Source: a virus
Lineage: Duplodnaviria > Caudoviricetes
Length of the DNA stretch: 64,000 nucleotides
Virus record (IMG/VR): IMGVR_UViG_3300043395_004688
Reading direction: 5' to 3' (one strand)
The position numbers and the translations under genes were made by a program. Shown here piece after piece: positions 9,800 through 20,059 of this stretch; position 1 is the first letter of the stretch; each line of letters starts with the position of its first letter. The notes below the pieces were generated by a model, which worked only from the letters and a program-made list of their open reading frames with translations, was not told the origin of the DNA and searched no databases.

Positions 9800-11140
9800 T
9801 TAGTTCACAATTCTCCAGTAGCCGTGATCAAAAATGCCTTCAACAGCAACTGACCAGTCATTGCCATCAAAGAATAATTTTTTCATGGTATTGGCATTCA
9901 CAGTATATGCTGTACCATTCACTGCACTGGCATCAAAGCTTACTACCCAATTTGAACCATTGTATTCAATGATGTCATTGGCCTCTGCAACCACAGTACC
10001 CCAGAATCCGTTTTGTGGAACGCTGTCAATTATCAAATATCTCTGCCCACTGGCAACTGGCGGAATAGTGCCATCGCCGGGCTTTCCTCGAGTAGGATCA
10101 ATAACACCGTTGATCATGCCAATAGTATTGGTTGGTAAAGTGGAATTGTCCATTTCGTAACTTAGTATATTGGGATTTCCACCGACCTGACTTACTTTAA
10201 GAATAACCTCTTGCGGATCATCAATGCTGCCCAGTTTAAGTCTAATTTCAGTGATACCATCATTGATACCGCCATAGTTGTCAAAGTGCAATTTCCAACT
10301 TAAATTCTCACCAGTCTCTGGATCAACAATAGTGTTGTCTTTGTTTAACAACTGTACATACTCACCGGTAACACGAATGTGCCTGTCTTTGAATGTAATC
10401 CATTGACGACTTTGAAAATTGCTGTTGATGATAATGTCGTCGATAAAGCCAAAGTCAGCACCAACATTGTTTAGAATACTGTGAATGAGAACTTGTCTCT
10501 TGACCTTTGCGGGAGGTGTAAGGAAGATAGGCAACTGAAAGATTAAACTAGCAACATCAATGATGTCGTCGGTGCCTTGAGGGATTGCCCTGGCCGTCCA
10601 TGTGATGTTAATTAACTCAACCACTGCCAAGCTAGTCCAGTCGTAAGGATTTTGGCTGCTTTGCAAGTTAACGCTGGGATTAAACAGCAACAAGATTTGT
10701 TCAAGCAGTTGAAGTTTTTGTTCCGTATTACTAGTCCATATGTCAACATTGATTGTTAAGTCATACGGAATAGGAGAATGTCTATCAAGCGAATATGTCT
10801 CGCCAACCTTATCTTGGTAGGTACCAGTGGCGTCATCATAAAGCTTTTCGTATATCTGAACCGTTTCTTGATAAGTCGGAGTCATTCTTCTTTCAGCATT
10901 AGGCAACAGTTCAGCAATGTAACAACTAATAGCCGGCACGCTTAGAATAGTGTTTTCACTGTTTTTGCGTAGAATGTGCTGACTCATGCGAGTTGTATCA
11001 CCGTAACGCACTGGTACTTGATGATAATGGTCGGCACCAGTGCCGTCTTTGCCCATCTTTACAGAAAAGCCACTGAACAAGCGCATAAACTGTAAGAGCC
11101 AGCGTCTAATTTGTTGATCATAAAAATATTGTTGACTCAT
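9800..11140 (-). CDS. gp15: Tail sheath stabiliser/terminator, gp15-like, with C-terminal extension
   Basis: N-terminal YFYDQQIRR...F..LFS motif, VPVRYG and IPY.L motifs; adjacent to neck genes. Confidence 0.75.
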   Translation of the reverse strand: MSQQYFYDQQIRRWLLQFMRLFSGFSVKMGKDGTGADHYHQVPVRYGDTTRMSQHILRKNSENTILSVPAISCYIAELLPNAERRMTPTYQETVQIYEKLYDDATGTYQDKVGETYSLDRHSPIPYDLTINVDIWTSNTEQKLQLLEQILLLFNPSVNLQSSQNPYDWTSLAVVELINITWTARAIPQGTDDIIDVASLIFQLPIFLTPPAKVKRQVLIHSILNNVGADFGFIDDIIINSNFQSRQWITFKDRHIRVTGEYVQLLNKDNTIVDPETGENLSWKLHFDNYGGINDGITEIRLKLGSIDDPQEVILKVSQVGGNPNILSYEMDNSTLPTNTIGMINGVIDPTRGKPGDGTIPPVASGQRYLIIDSVPQNGFWGTVVAEANDIIEYNGSNWVVSFDASAVNGTAYTVNANTMKKLFFDGNDWSVAVEGIFDHGYWRIVN

Positions 11141-12258
11141 TAGTTGTCTGCCTTGGGTTTTGGTTTAGTAAATACTTGACTCAATGGTTGACTGCTTGGT
11201 ACTGAAGATATATCTGTTCCAAATCCGTTGGCAGTTGTGCCGGCCGGATTTTGAATAAAGCTACCAGCATTAACAGTATTAGCTCGCCAGTCGGTAATTT
11301 CAACATCAAGAACTCTGTGCCATCTTGATCCTCGATAAGCAAACAGTCGATTAGGAGTAAAGTCAACACGAATAAACAAATCACCTTGATTGGGTTGACT
11401 AGGAAATGTTAACCCAGTTGGCACATCAGTGGTATCGCCGCGAGCTGCTGCCAATTCTCTAGTCATTACAGTATTGTCACTAATACCACCTGTTCGCATC
11501 ACATTGATAGCAGGAGTGTAAGTGGGCTCGTCGGGAGAATTGTTTGGATATCCTGCAGGATATCCTACACCTGGCGTAAACGACTCTGCACTTGCAAGTA
11601 TGGCTTTGTCAATTTTAATTTCAGTTTGATAAGTGCTTAGAGCATTCTTTAAGCTATCAGCATCCTCAGGATCGCCTAGTATGCTACGATACTCTTGTGC
11701 ATCATTAATTGGTGATACCTTAACACGCCACAAGTGTGGCCACCATGTTGGGCCAAAACCTTCTGCGGCGCGGCTTGCATCTTGCACAGCATAAAATTTG
11801 TTAATGCTTTTTGCAGTAGCATCTAGCAATAAGTCGTCGTTTAGGTGAGGAACTTCAACAACATCCCCTGCCATAAGTTTACGGCCCAAACGCTCTACCA
11901 TTTCATTGGTATGAAAGGTAATAAACAAAGTATCAGCATTTAAAAACAAACCAAATTGGCTTAGATCAAAATCCTGATCAGTTACATTGTAGGTGCCGCG
12001 CAATTCGTAAATAGTTGTGTCGTATACGCGGTCACGATTTTCCATAAACAACAGGTCCTGCATGTCTAGCTCGCTAATTTGGTCCTGCTCAGATAATTTT
12101 GGTCTTGCAGGATCACTACCATCTTCTGTAGCGGCAGGCCCAAGATACTTATGGATCAAAAAGGAAGTTCCGCCCGCACCAACGGCTTCACGGATCACAC
12201 GATCCTGATAAAAATAGTCTTTGGTTTTAGCGTTTTTCCACAGTGATAATTTTGGCAT
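11140..12258 (-). CDS. gp14: Neck protein, gp14-like
   Basis: Lies between gp13-like and gp15-like genes. DLSQFGLF..DTLFITFH and AGDVVEVPHL motifs; late TAAATA box at 12275-12280 (minus strand). Confidence 0.65.
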   Translation of the reverse strand: MPKLSLWKNAKTKDYFYQDRVIREAVGAGGTSFLIHKYLGPAATEDGSDPARPKLSEQDQISELDMQDLLFMENRDRVYDTTIYELRGTYNVTDQDFDLSQFGLFLNADTLFITFHTNEMVERLGRKLMAGDVVEVPHLNDDLLLDATAKSINKFYAVQDASRAAEGFGPTWWPHLWRVKVSPINDAQEYRSILGDPEDADSLKNALSTYQTEIKIDKAILASAESFTPGVGYPAGYPNNSPDEPTYTPAINVMRTGGISDNTVMTRELAAARGDTTDVPTGLTFPSQPNQGDLFIRVDFTPNRLFAYRGSRWHRVLDVEITDWRANTVNAGSFIQNPAGTTANGFGTDISSVPSSQPLSQVFTKPKPKADN

Positions 12259-12294
12259 ATTTGATCCTCAAGCTTATTTACCGTATCCTTTTGC

Positions 12295-12323
12295 TTGACA
12301 GCAAGTGTGAGAGAAGCTATAAT
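12295..12323 (+). promoter_or_regulatory. Perfect sigma70 promoter
   Basis: TTGACA-17 nt-TATAAT. Confidence 0.9.
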
Positions 12324-12357
12324 AGTCATATTGGATACATACTCTTAGGAGAGAACC

Positions 12358-13608
12358 ATGGCACTAGCAACTAAATCCGCACCTGTTAAGAGGGCCAAAA
12401 AGCCCATTGCCCGCAGTACTAGAACTGCGCCTGCTACCAAATACATGGCAGACGGCAAAACCAAGCTTCGGGCAATTAAAAGCATTGATGTAAAATACCT
12501 AGGAGATGAACCTTCTTGGGAGAACCAAGAGTCTTGGACTACAGAAGAGCTGAACTCGCGCTTGGGGCGAGCATTCAACTGGTACAATTACAATTGTGAT
12601 GGCAAAGATGCTCGTGAGTTCTTTGAGGATTGGTGCGCTATAACCCCGGGCTATGAGGAGTATCCAAAAAAGTTTAAACCATTGGCAGATTGGCACCTTG
12701 GCTCTACACTGGGCTTCCGTTGCAGGATGTTTATGGCCGGACTTAAGGTAAAAGATCCGGAAAAAGACCTGGCATTTATTAATAAACGCATTGCAGAGTG
12801 CGAAGAAATGCTGACAAAGCAAAAGCCTGCAAAAGCAGAGCCGTCGGCTACTGAAGTAGAAACAAAGAAAGAAACCATTCAGGACCGCCTGCGTGAAAAG
12901 TTTAGTGAAGTAGTAGGCGAAATTGAAGGAGCCATTGACGAATACTTTGACAGCAAGAAGGAGTTTGACACTTACAAATTCTTGCAAGCGTCGGGCCTAC
13001 CGGCACAATTTGCCGCAAAGATTCCAGAAATATATCAGCGTCATATTGCTGAACTGGAAGAATACCTCGAAGGTAAGTGCCCGCAATTGCTTGAAGGTTA
13101 CAAGCACCTTGGCAAGCGAGGTGCCAAGGATGCAATCAAATTTTACCAAAGCATCATTGACGGAGCCAATGCATACAAGACTGCAAAAATTGCAACCCGT
13201 GCCAAGCCTAAGCGCAAGCCAGTGTCACCTGAAAAGCTGGTTAGAAATCTAAAGTATCTCAAAGAGTTCCCTGAGCTCAAGCTTAACAGTATTGATCCGC
13301 GAGACATTATTGGCTGCACTGAGCTCTGGGTCTATAACACTAAGACTCGCAAGCTAGGCAGATTCCATGCCAATACACATGGTGATATGGTAATCACTAG
13401 CTTGGGCGTTAAAGGTAGTGCTATTACTGGCTTTAGCGAAACGCTGAGTGTTTGCAAAACTCTACGCAAGCCACAGGAAGTACTAGATAGGTTTAAAGTG
13501 TCCGGAAAGCCACAACTACGCAAGTTTATGGACCCTATCAAGAGCGTAGAAACCAAGCTAAAAGCCCGCATTAGTCCAGAAACTATCTTGCTCCGCGTTA
13601 TCAAGTAA
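12358..13608 (+). CDS. Conserved T4-like phage hypothetical (early/middle) protein
   Basis: 416 aa; SD AGGAG; conserved-looking C-terminus LWVYNTKTRKLG...TLRKP. Confidence 0.8.
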   Translation: MALATKSAPVKRAKKPIARSTRTAPATKYMADGKTKLRAIKSIDVKYLGDEPSWENQESWTTEELNSRLGRAFNWYNYNCDGKDAREFFEDWCAITPGYEEYPKKFKPLADWHLGSTLGFRCRMFMAGLKVKDPEKDLAFINKRIAECEEMLTKQKPAKAEPSATEVETKKETIQDRLREKFSEVVGEIEGAIDEYFDSKKEFDTYKFLQASGLPAQFAAKIPEIYQRHIAELEEYLEGKCPQLLEGYKHLGKRGAKDAIKFYQSIIDGANAYKTAKIATRAKPKRKPVSPEKLVRNLKYLKEFPELKLNSIDPRDIIGCTELWVYNTKTRKLGRFHANTHGDMVITSLGVKGSAITGFSETLSVCKTLRKPQEVLDRFKVSGKPQLRKFMDPIKSVETKLKARISPETILLRVIK

Positions 13609-13651
13609 GTTTTGCCAAGGTGTCTCCGGTAAATACTATCGGAGACACCAC

Positions 13652-14407
13652 ATGGCAGATACTACTCAAAGAAACAAAGCTCAAAAGTTCATTGAACTAA
13701 GCCTCGGCGGAGGCATGGTAGATGTTGAACTTGATAAAGAGCACTATGATATGGCTATTGATAAAGCCGTGTCTAAATACCGCCAGCGCAGTAGTCGCGC
13801 AGTTGAAGAAAGTTTTATGGTTCTAACTCTAGAGCCTGAAGTCAATGAATATGTGCTTCCTGACGAAGTAATTGAAGTCAGAAATGTCTATAGACAAAAC
13901 AGCGGTGGCGTGAGCTCAGGTGGGTCTGGTGCCACTGGTTTTGATCCTTTTGAAGCTGGCTATTTGAACATGTATTTGTTGAGCTATGCTAAAGCAGGAC
14001 GAGCAACAACATTTGAATTATACATGGGACATCGAGAACTTTTGGCCACAATGTTTGGTGCCTATGTAACTTATAATTTTTCAAATACTTCAAAAAGATT
14101 GTCGTTGCACAGACGATTTAATTCTGAAGAGCAAATAATTATTCACACCTACAATTATAGACCTGATGAAGAGTTGTTAGCAGACACCAGCTCTGCGCCA
14201 TGGATCAAAGACTATGCACTAGCACACGCTAAAATGATGCTAGGACAAGCTCGAAGCAAGTTTGCTCAACTAGCGGGTCCTCAGGGTGGTGTACAGCTCA
14301 ATGGAGCCGACTTGATCACACAAGCACAGGCCGAATTAGAAAAGCTTGAAGAAGATCTTAAGACTTACGCCGAAGGCGGAACACCTCTAGGCTTTATATT
14401 TGGATAA
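13652..14407 (+). CDS. gp13: Neck protein gp13-like
   Basis: LGGGMVDVELD...WIKDYALAHAKMMLGQARSKF...GGVQLNG pattern of gp13. Confidence 0.85.
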   Translation: MADTTQRNKAQKFIELSLGGGMVDVELDKEHYDMAIDKAVSKYRQRSSRAVEESFMVLTLEPEVNEYVLPDEVIEVRNVYRQNSGGVSSGGSGATGFDPFEAGYLNMYLLSYAKAGRATTFELYMGHRELLATMFGAYVTYNFSNTSKRLSLHRRFNSEEQIIIHTYNYRPDEELLADTSSAPWIKDYALAHAKMMLGQARSKFAQLAGPQGGVQLNGADLITQAQAELEKLEEDLKTYAEGGTPLGFIFG

Positions 14408-14415
14408 TTGGTAAC

Positions 14416-14445
14416 TTGACATTATGTTGGCTTTTTTGCTAATAT
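14416..14445 (+). promoter_or_regulatory. sigma70-like promoter giving a leaderless dNMP kinase mRNA
   Basis: TTGACA-18-TAATAT with the ATG at 14451, 5 nt after the -10 box; no SD. Confidence 0.6.
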
Positions 14446-14450
14446 AGTGC

Positions 14451-15074
14451 ATGACAAAACAAATTATTGGCGTATGCGGTTTTATTGGATCTGGCAAAGA
14501 TACAGCCGCAGATTATCTTGTAAACTTTCACGAGTTCCGACGCGATTCGTTTGCATCCACTCTTAAAGATGCTGTAGCCGCAGTATTTGGTTGGGACAGA
14601 GAACTCCTGGAAGGGCGAACCAAAGAAGCCCGATCATGGCGAGAGCAAGTAGATCCGTGGTGGGCTAAAAAGCTTGACATGCCAGAACTGACTCCTCGTT
14701 GGGTCCTACAATACTGGGGCACAGAAGTATGTCGCAAAGGCTTTCATGATGACATCTGGATTGCCAGCTTAGAAGCTCGATTGCGTAGCAGCAAAGACAA
14801 CATTGTTATCAGTGACTGTCGGTTTCCAAATGAAATCAAAGCCATCAAAGAAGCAGGTGGGCAGGTGATTTGGGTACAGCGAGGTCAACTACCTAGTTGG
14901 CATATTATGGCAGCTAATGCCAACAAGGGTGATGCAGTTGCAGCCGCTAAGTTAAAACAGCTGGGTATCCATGCCAGCGAAACAGCCTGGGTTGGCACAA
15001 AGTTTGATCATGTGATTGATAACAATGGCAGCATTGATCAGCTATATTTGCAGTTGAAAACGGTTGTCCAGTAA
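14451..15074 (+). CDS. Deoxynucleoside monophosphate kinase (T4 gp1-like)
   Basis: GFIGSGKD P-loop, FA..LKD, TPRWVLQYWGTEV and SDCRFPNE motifs. Confidence 0.92.
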   Translation: MTKQIIGVCGFIGSGKDTAADYLVNFHEFRRDSFASTLKDAVAAVFGWDRELLEGRTKEARSWREQVDPWWAKKLDMPELTPRWVLQYWGTEVCRKGFHDDIWIASLEARLRSSKDNIVISDCRFPNEIKAIKEAGGQVIWVQRGQLPSWHIMAANANKGDAVAAAKLKQLGIHASETAWVGTKFDHVIDNNGSIDQLYLQLKTVVQ

Positions 15075-15182
15075 AAAGCAAATCTAACATATTTCAATAA
15101 ATAGGTCCTCTTTTACCGTAATCTGCTAAATATCTTCAAGAAGGGTACGAAAATCCCTTAGAATGAATACGGAGATATTTAT

Positions 15183-17564
15183 ATGGCTCAGCTAGTTTCC
15201 CCAGGCGTAAGTGTTAGCATTATTGATGAAAGTGCTTATGCATCAGCTGGTAACGGAACGGTTCCTGTTATTGTGTTGGCCACCCGAGCCAACAAAACAG
15301 CACCTGACGGTTCTACAGCACTTTATACAACAGCACCTTACATTAAAAAGCCGCTACTGCTTACAAGTCAAAGAGAATTGGCGCAGTTATACGGCGAACC
15401 AGAATTTACCATTGTTGATGGTACACCAATTCACGGTCACGAACTAAACGAATACGGTTTGTTGGCAGCATATTACTACCTAGGTATTGCCAATCGCGCA
15501 ATCCTAGTTCGCGCAGATTTAAAGATGGAAGAATTGGAGCCAAGCGAAACTGCTCCAGCAGGTCCTCCTACCAACAACCAATACTGGGTAGAAAGCGATG
15601 TAACATCATGGGGTATTTTTGAATACTCAGGAACTGCTTGGGTATCCAAAGCAGTTACAGTATCCAATGGTGTACCGGGTGTCAGCACCGGCAGCAACGG
15701 TCAATATGCCGTAGATGTTTCAAATGCCTTGTTTGAGTTTTACAAGAAAGTCAGCGGAGTATGGAAAAAAGTTACTTCAAGTGACCTTTCTCAAACTGTC
15801 AATGTTGGTCCACACTACAATGTTCCAACTGGTTCTGTAGCCGGTGATGTGTGGTTTAAGACAACAACTCCTAATGCAGGTTTTAACCTTAAGCTGAAGA
15901 AGTACAATGCAACATCTGAAAGCTGGACTGTACAAGCAATTGGACCAGGCAAGATTGACATGTTGGTTGCATATGAAGATAATGCCACTGCATCAGCTGC
16001 GTTTGGTGCAGGTTTAAGCACTAACGACATTTATGTTCAAACAGCAGATCCAAATGCCGCAGCTTTTACAATCAAGCGTTATACAGGCAGTACTTGGATT
16101 AGCTTGGAACCTAGTGTTTCTGCCACTGCTCCAACTGGTGCAATTCCTGATGGCAAACTATGGTACGATGCCGGTGATACTGTTGACATGTACATCAAAG
16201 ATACTGTTGGTGGAGTACCAACTTGGAAGCCTGTTTCCAGCGTAACAGTAAACACTGAAGAACCAGGTACACCAAGCCAAGGAGATGTTTGGATTGATAC
16301 CAATGACATGGCAAACTATCCTGTTATTAAATTTTATGATGGTTCAGATTGGGTAACACGCGACAACGCAGACCAAACAACCGAAAACGGATGCTTGTTC
16401 GTTGACCTAACTGCCACAGCAGGTGACACCAGCGGTGTTGCAGGTGGTGCAACACCAATGGACGATGAAACACCAAATCCTGCTTATTATCCAGACGACA
16501 TGCTGTTATGGAATCATGCAGTAAGCTCAGGTAATGTCAAGCGTTGGAATGCCACAGAAGAGTTCTGGCAAACAGAATCTGGTAACATTGATTCAGGACC
16601 AAAAGCTGGTTCACCTTACATGTTTGAAAAGGCTCAGCGTCGTGTAGTTGTCAAGCGTCTACAGGAAGCATTGGCTGATAACGAAGAACTTCGTGCAGAA
16701 ACACTAACATTCAACATCATTGCCACACCTGGCTATGTTGAGTGCTTGGACGAAATGATTACATTGAATGTGGATCGTAAGGAAACTGCATTTGTAATCG
16801 CTGACACACCAATGAAGCTTTCAAGCAGAATGAGCGATGTTACAACATGGGCAAATGGTACCAACGCTGGTACTAACGGAGCAGATGGACTGGTAACACG
16901 CAACGGCGGAGCAGCAATTTACTACCCAAGCTGCTTGTCAACTGACTTATCAGGTAACGATGTAGCTGTACCAGCAAGCCATGCAGTATTGCGCGGTATT
17001 GCTTACAATGACTTGGTTAGCTATCCATGGTTTGCACCAGCTGGTCTAACACGCGGTGCTCTAAGCGGTATCAGCAACCTAGGCCTAGTAAATTCAGAAA
17101 ATGAGTTTATGCCAGTCGCGCTAAACCAAGGGCAGAGAGATACTCTGTACTTGAAGAAGATCAACCCAATGGTCAACTTCCCAGGACAAGGTCTGTACAT
17201 TTGGGGTCAAAAGACTCTGTATCCAGCAGACTCTGCACTTGATCGTGTAAACGTTGGACGACTATTGGCTTACTTGCGCGAAAGATTTGATGTTATTGCT
17301 CGTCCGTTCATCTTTGAACCAAACGACAAGCGCACAAGAGATCGCGTAGTAGCAGTATTCAACGGCTTTATGGAAGACTTGTTTGTTAAGAGAGCCGTAT
17401 ACGACTTCTTGGTAGTATGTGATGAAACAAACAACACACCAGCAAGAATTGATAGAAACGAACTGTACATTGATGTGGCAATTGAGCCAGTTAAAGCCGC
17501 AGAATTCATCTACATTCCTGTTAGAGTGGTTAACACTGGCGCGATTGCCGGTGGTACACGCTAA
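15183..17564 (+). CDS. gp18: Tail sheath protein
   Basis: SPGVSVSIIDES N-terminus; PWFAPAGLTRG, WGQKTL and RVNVGRL; C-terminal IDVAIEPVKAAEFI. Confidence 0.95.
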   Translation: MAQLVSPGVSVSIIDESAYASAGNGTVPVIVLATRANKTAPDGSTALYTTAPYIKKPLLLTSQRELAQLYGEPEFTIVDGTPIHGHELNEYGLLAAYYYLGIANRAILVRADLKMEELEPSETAPAGPPTNNQYWVESDVTSWGIFEYSGTAWVSKAVTVSNGVPGVSTGSNGQYAVDVSNALFEFYKKVSGVWKKVTSSDLSQTVNVGPHYNVPTGSVAGDVWFKTTTPNAGFNLKLKKYNATSESWTVQAIGPGKIDMLVAYEDNATASAAFGAGLSTNDIYVQTADPNAAAFTIKRYTGSTWISLEPSVSATAPTGAIPDGKLWYDAGDTVDMYIKDTVGGVPTWKPVSSVTVNTEEPGTPSQGDVWIDTNDMANYPVIKFYDGSDWVTRDNADQTTENGCLFVDLTATAGDTSGVAGGATPMDDETPNPAYYPDDMLLWNHAVSSGNVKRWNATEEFWQTESGNIDSGPKAGSPYMFEKAQRRVVVKRLQEALADNEELRAETLTFNIIATPGYVECLDEMITLNVDRKETAFVIADTPMKLSSRMSDVTTWANGTNAGTNGADGLVTRNGGAAIYYPSCLSTDLSGNDVAVPASHAVLRGIAYNDLVSYPWFAPAGLTRGALSGISNLGLVNSENEFMPVALNQGQRDTLYLKKINPMVNFPGQGLYIWGQKTLYPADSALDRVNVGRLLAYLRERFDVIARPFIFEPNDKRTRDRVVAVFNGFMEDLFVKRAVYDFLVVCDETNNTPARIDRNELYIDVAIEPVKAAEFIYIPVRVVNTGAIAGGTR

Positions 17565-17586
17565 ATAGCACTGAGGAGAATTCAAA

Positions 17587-18201
17587 ATGGCAGTCAATTT
17601 AGACAAATTTAATGTACCAGGCGGAGCCGACGGTGTTTTGGTTCAACCAAAGCTTTCTTATAGATTTAGAGTTACTCTGATAAGCTTTGGTTCCAACGCA
17701 GAAACTCAGCAGCTAACAAGCCAAGTTGTAAGCGTTAGCAGACCCAGTCTCACACACGACGATGTGGTTGTTGATGTTTACAACTCAAGAATCTTCTTGG
17801 CCGGTAAGCACACCTGGGATCCTATTACGCTAACAGTTCGTGATGATGTAACAGGTGGTGTTGCCAGGGCTATTGCAAGTCAAATTCAAAAGCAAGTTGA
17901 TCACGCTGATCAGGCCAGTGCTAAATCAGGTAGCGGTTACAAGTTTGAAGTGAAAATTGAAAACTTAGACGGTTCAAATCCTGCCACCGGCGAGGGCGTA
18001 CTTGATGTGTGGCACCTTGGTGGTTGTTATATTCAAAACGTAAACTACGGCGAAAATAACTATGCAACCAGCGATCCGTTACAGATTACAATCGCTATCA
18101 AGTATGATAATGCAAATCATTACCTAGGCGAAGAATCTGAAGCATTACTAGAAGGCGGCGTAGGTACGCCATCTGATCCAGCTTCACAGTCTGGCGGTTA
18201 A
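17587..18201 (+). CDS. gp19: Tail tube protein
   Basis: Follows the sheath gene; KLSYRFRV, VSRPSL, AGKHTWDPITLTVRDD. Confidence 0.9.
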   Translation: MAVNLDKFNVPGGADGVLVQPKLSYRFRVTLISFGSNAETQQLTSQVVSVSRPSLTHDDVVVDVYNSRIFLAGKHTWDPITLTVRDDVTGGVARAIASQIQKQVDHADQASAKSGSGYKFEVKIENLDGSNPATGEGVLDVWHLGGCYIQNVNYGENNYATSDPLQITIAIKYDNANHYLGEESEALLEGGVGTPSDPASQSGG

Positions 18202-18266
18202 TATAAACTGAAGCTTTAATAAAAGTGATAAGTAAGTGTAAGCAAACTGCTTGCCCTTACATAGAT

Positions 18267-18292
18267 GAAAAGGGCGAGAAATCGCCCTTTTC
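18267..18292 (+). terminator. Rho-independent terminator (GNRA loop)
   Basis: gaaaagggcga-gaaa-tcgcccttttc. Confidence 0.85.
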
Positions 18293-18311
18293 TATTGGAG
18301 CAAAATTGTAG

Positions 18312-19754
18312 ATGACTTATAGTAATACAGCAACTAAAAGAATAATGTCAGGCATTCAGTCTCACGGAAGTGGGATTGGACTGGGCGAAAACTTCCCTTA
18401 TTTAAAATATGCATGGGAACTTTATGTTCGAGATACCGACGGCAAAGGAAACCTATTAATAGGATTACCACCATTGGTTGCAAAAACAGTTGAACTTCCC
18501 CGTTGGAGCACCGACACACAATTGATAAATGTCTATAATCACAAAACAATTGTCCAGACAAAATTCAATTGGGAGCCAATTACTATTAGTTTTTATGATC
18601 AGATCAACAAGTCAGCTGAATGCTTGATTTGGCATTTTGTAAAAGCACAATTTGATGCGCCCGACGGTAGTAAAGCACCCAAGCACAAAGATCTTGACCT
18701 AGAAATCCGTATGAAAAATCTCAGCGGGCCTAGCGCACAAGATAAGGTATACAAGCTAAAAAAAGCCTACATTGTTGATGCTCAGCACGATACCTTAGAC
18801 TATTCTACCAGTGATGTTGTTCTTTGGACTGTTACTGTTAGATATGAAGAATTAGAAATAGATGACTGTGACTTTAAAGGACCAGCACCAGTGGCTGCAA
18901 CCGGCGTAGCTCGACAACCAAGACCCGCCCCGCAAAGAAGAGAAGATAGAAGAACAACCAGTTCAAACTTCACTCCTCAGACTCAGCAAAGAATACCACC
19001 AGATGCTAGAACAGAAACCGAACCTAATCGTTGGGTGGAAGCTGGTGGCCTAGAAACAGCAGGTGGCGCAGCCTACGGAAATCCAACATTGCTGCGTCAA
19101 GGCGAAAGAATTCGTAGAAACAGAGAAGAACAAGCACGACTAAGAAGAGAGCGCGAAGCACAAAACCCACCAGGTCCAAGCGTTGGCGAGCGCATTAGAA
19201 ATTTCTTTAGTTGGCCATCTCGCAATCAAACCAATGCACCCGGAGGAACAGGCTCCTCAATGGAAGCAGAAGGATTTAGCGTTCCACCAGGTGCAACAAG
19301 CAATCCCAGCACTGGACCAAATACTCCGGCAACAACAAATCGCCAACCACAAAGACCACTGACTTCCACACAGCGAACTGTCATAGAAAACGAACGCGAA
19401 AGTATGCGTAATGCAAACTTTAACCCAGCATGGAAAGAAGCTTATATAAGAAACCTTGAACAAAATCCTCCGGTTACTGATAGTGCTCAGTCTGCTGCCG
19501 CAGCAAGACGCATTGCTGAAGCTCGAGCGTCAGCCGAACATCCACGATATCCAAGTCAGGTCAGAGTAACAAGAACCGATGGATCAAGTGTTACTACTAA
19601 TCGAGAATCTGCACCTGCTCCTGTTCGCAATGGCAGCGAAGTTCAGCGCACACGACCTAACGATGTTCGAGGAAACGAAGCAGTTGAAAGACAGCAAAGA
19701 CTAGAGCAGCAAAATAGAAATAGATCAACACCGTCTACACCACCCGGTGGCTAA
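18312..19754 (+). CDS. Tube-like baseplate/tail-tube initiator (gp54/gp48-like) with a long low-complexity C-terminal tail
   Basis: The N-terminal ~180 aa resemble the tube fold (VELPRW...NWEPITISFYD). The remainder is R/Q/N/P/T-rich. Confidence 0.65.
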   Translation: MTYSNTATKRIMSGIQSHGSGIGLGENFPYLKYAWELYVRDTDGKGNLLIGLPPLVAKTVELPRWSTDTQLINVYNHKTIVQTKFNWEPITISFYDQINKSAECLIWHFVKAQFDAPDGSKAPKHKDLDLEIRMKNLSGPSAQDKVYKLKKAYIVDAQHDTLDYSTSDVVLWTVTVRYEELEIDDCDFKGPAPVAATGVARQPRPAPQRREDRRTTSSNFTPQTQQRIPPDARTETEPNRWVEAGGLETAGGAAYGNPTLLRQGERIRRNREEQARLRREREAQNPPGPSVGERIRNFFSWPSRNQTNAPGGTGSSMEAEGFSVPPGATSNPSTGPNTPATTNRQPQRPLTSTQRTVIENERESMRNANFNPAWKEAYIRNLEQNPPVTDSAQSAAAARRIAEARASAEHPRYPSQVRVTRTDGSSVTTNRESAPAPVRNGSEVQRTRPNDVRGNEAVERQQRLEQQNRNRSTPSTPPGG

Positions 19755-19768
19755 CAAGGAAACATCAC

Positions 19769-20059
19769 ATGGCAGAATACAAGACAATATCGCAAGTTGA
19801 ATTTGATAAATCAACACAAAGAATTACTTCGCTGGGACTAAGCCGAGTATCTGCTGAAAACATAGTCTTATCTTTTTGGAAAATTTCTCAGGACCTAGAT
19901 TTAGACTTTAAAAAATTTTTAGATGCTAGCATTGTTGATGGTCAGCTAGATGTTGACCAACGAGTACTAGATTATATTAACAAAACATTACCACCTACAA
20001 TTCGTTATAGAAAAGACACTCTTAGCAAAGCATCTAATCTTGTATTGCGTGAACTATAA
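19769..20059 (+). CDS. Hypothetical structural-module protein
   Basis: 96 aa; SD AAGGA; coupled to gp4. Confidence 0.6.
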   Translation: MAEYKTISQVEFDKSTQRITSLGLSRVSAENIVLSFWKISQDLDLDFKKFLDASIVDGQLDVDQRVLDYINKTLPPTIRYRKDTLSKASNLVLREL

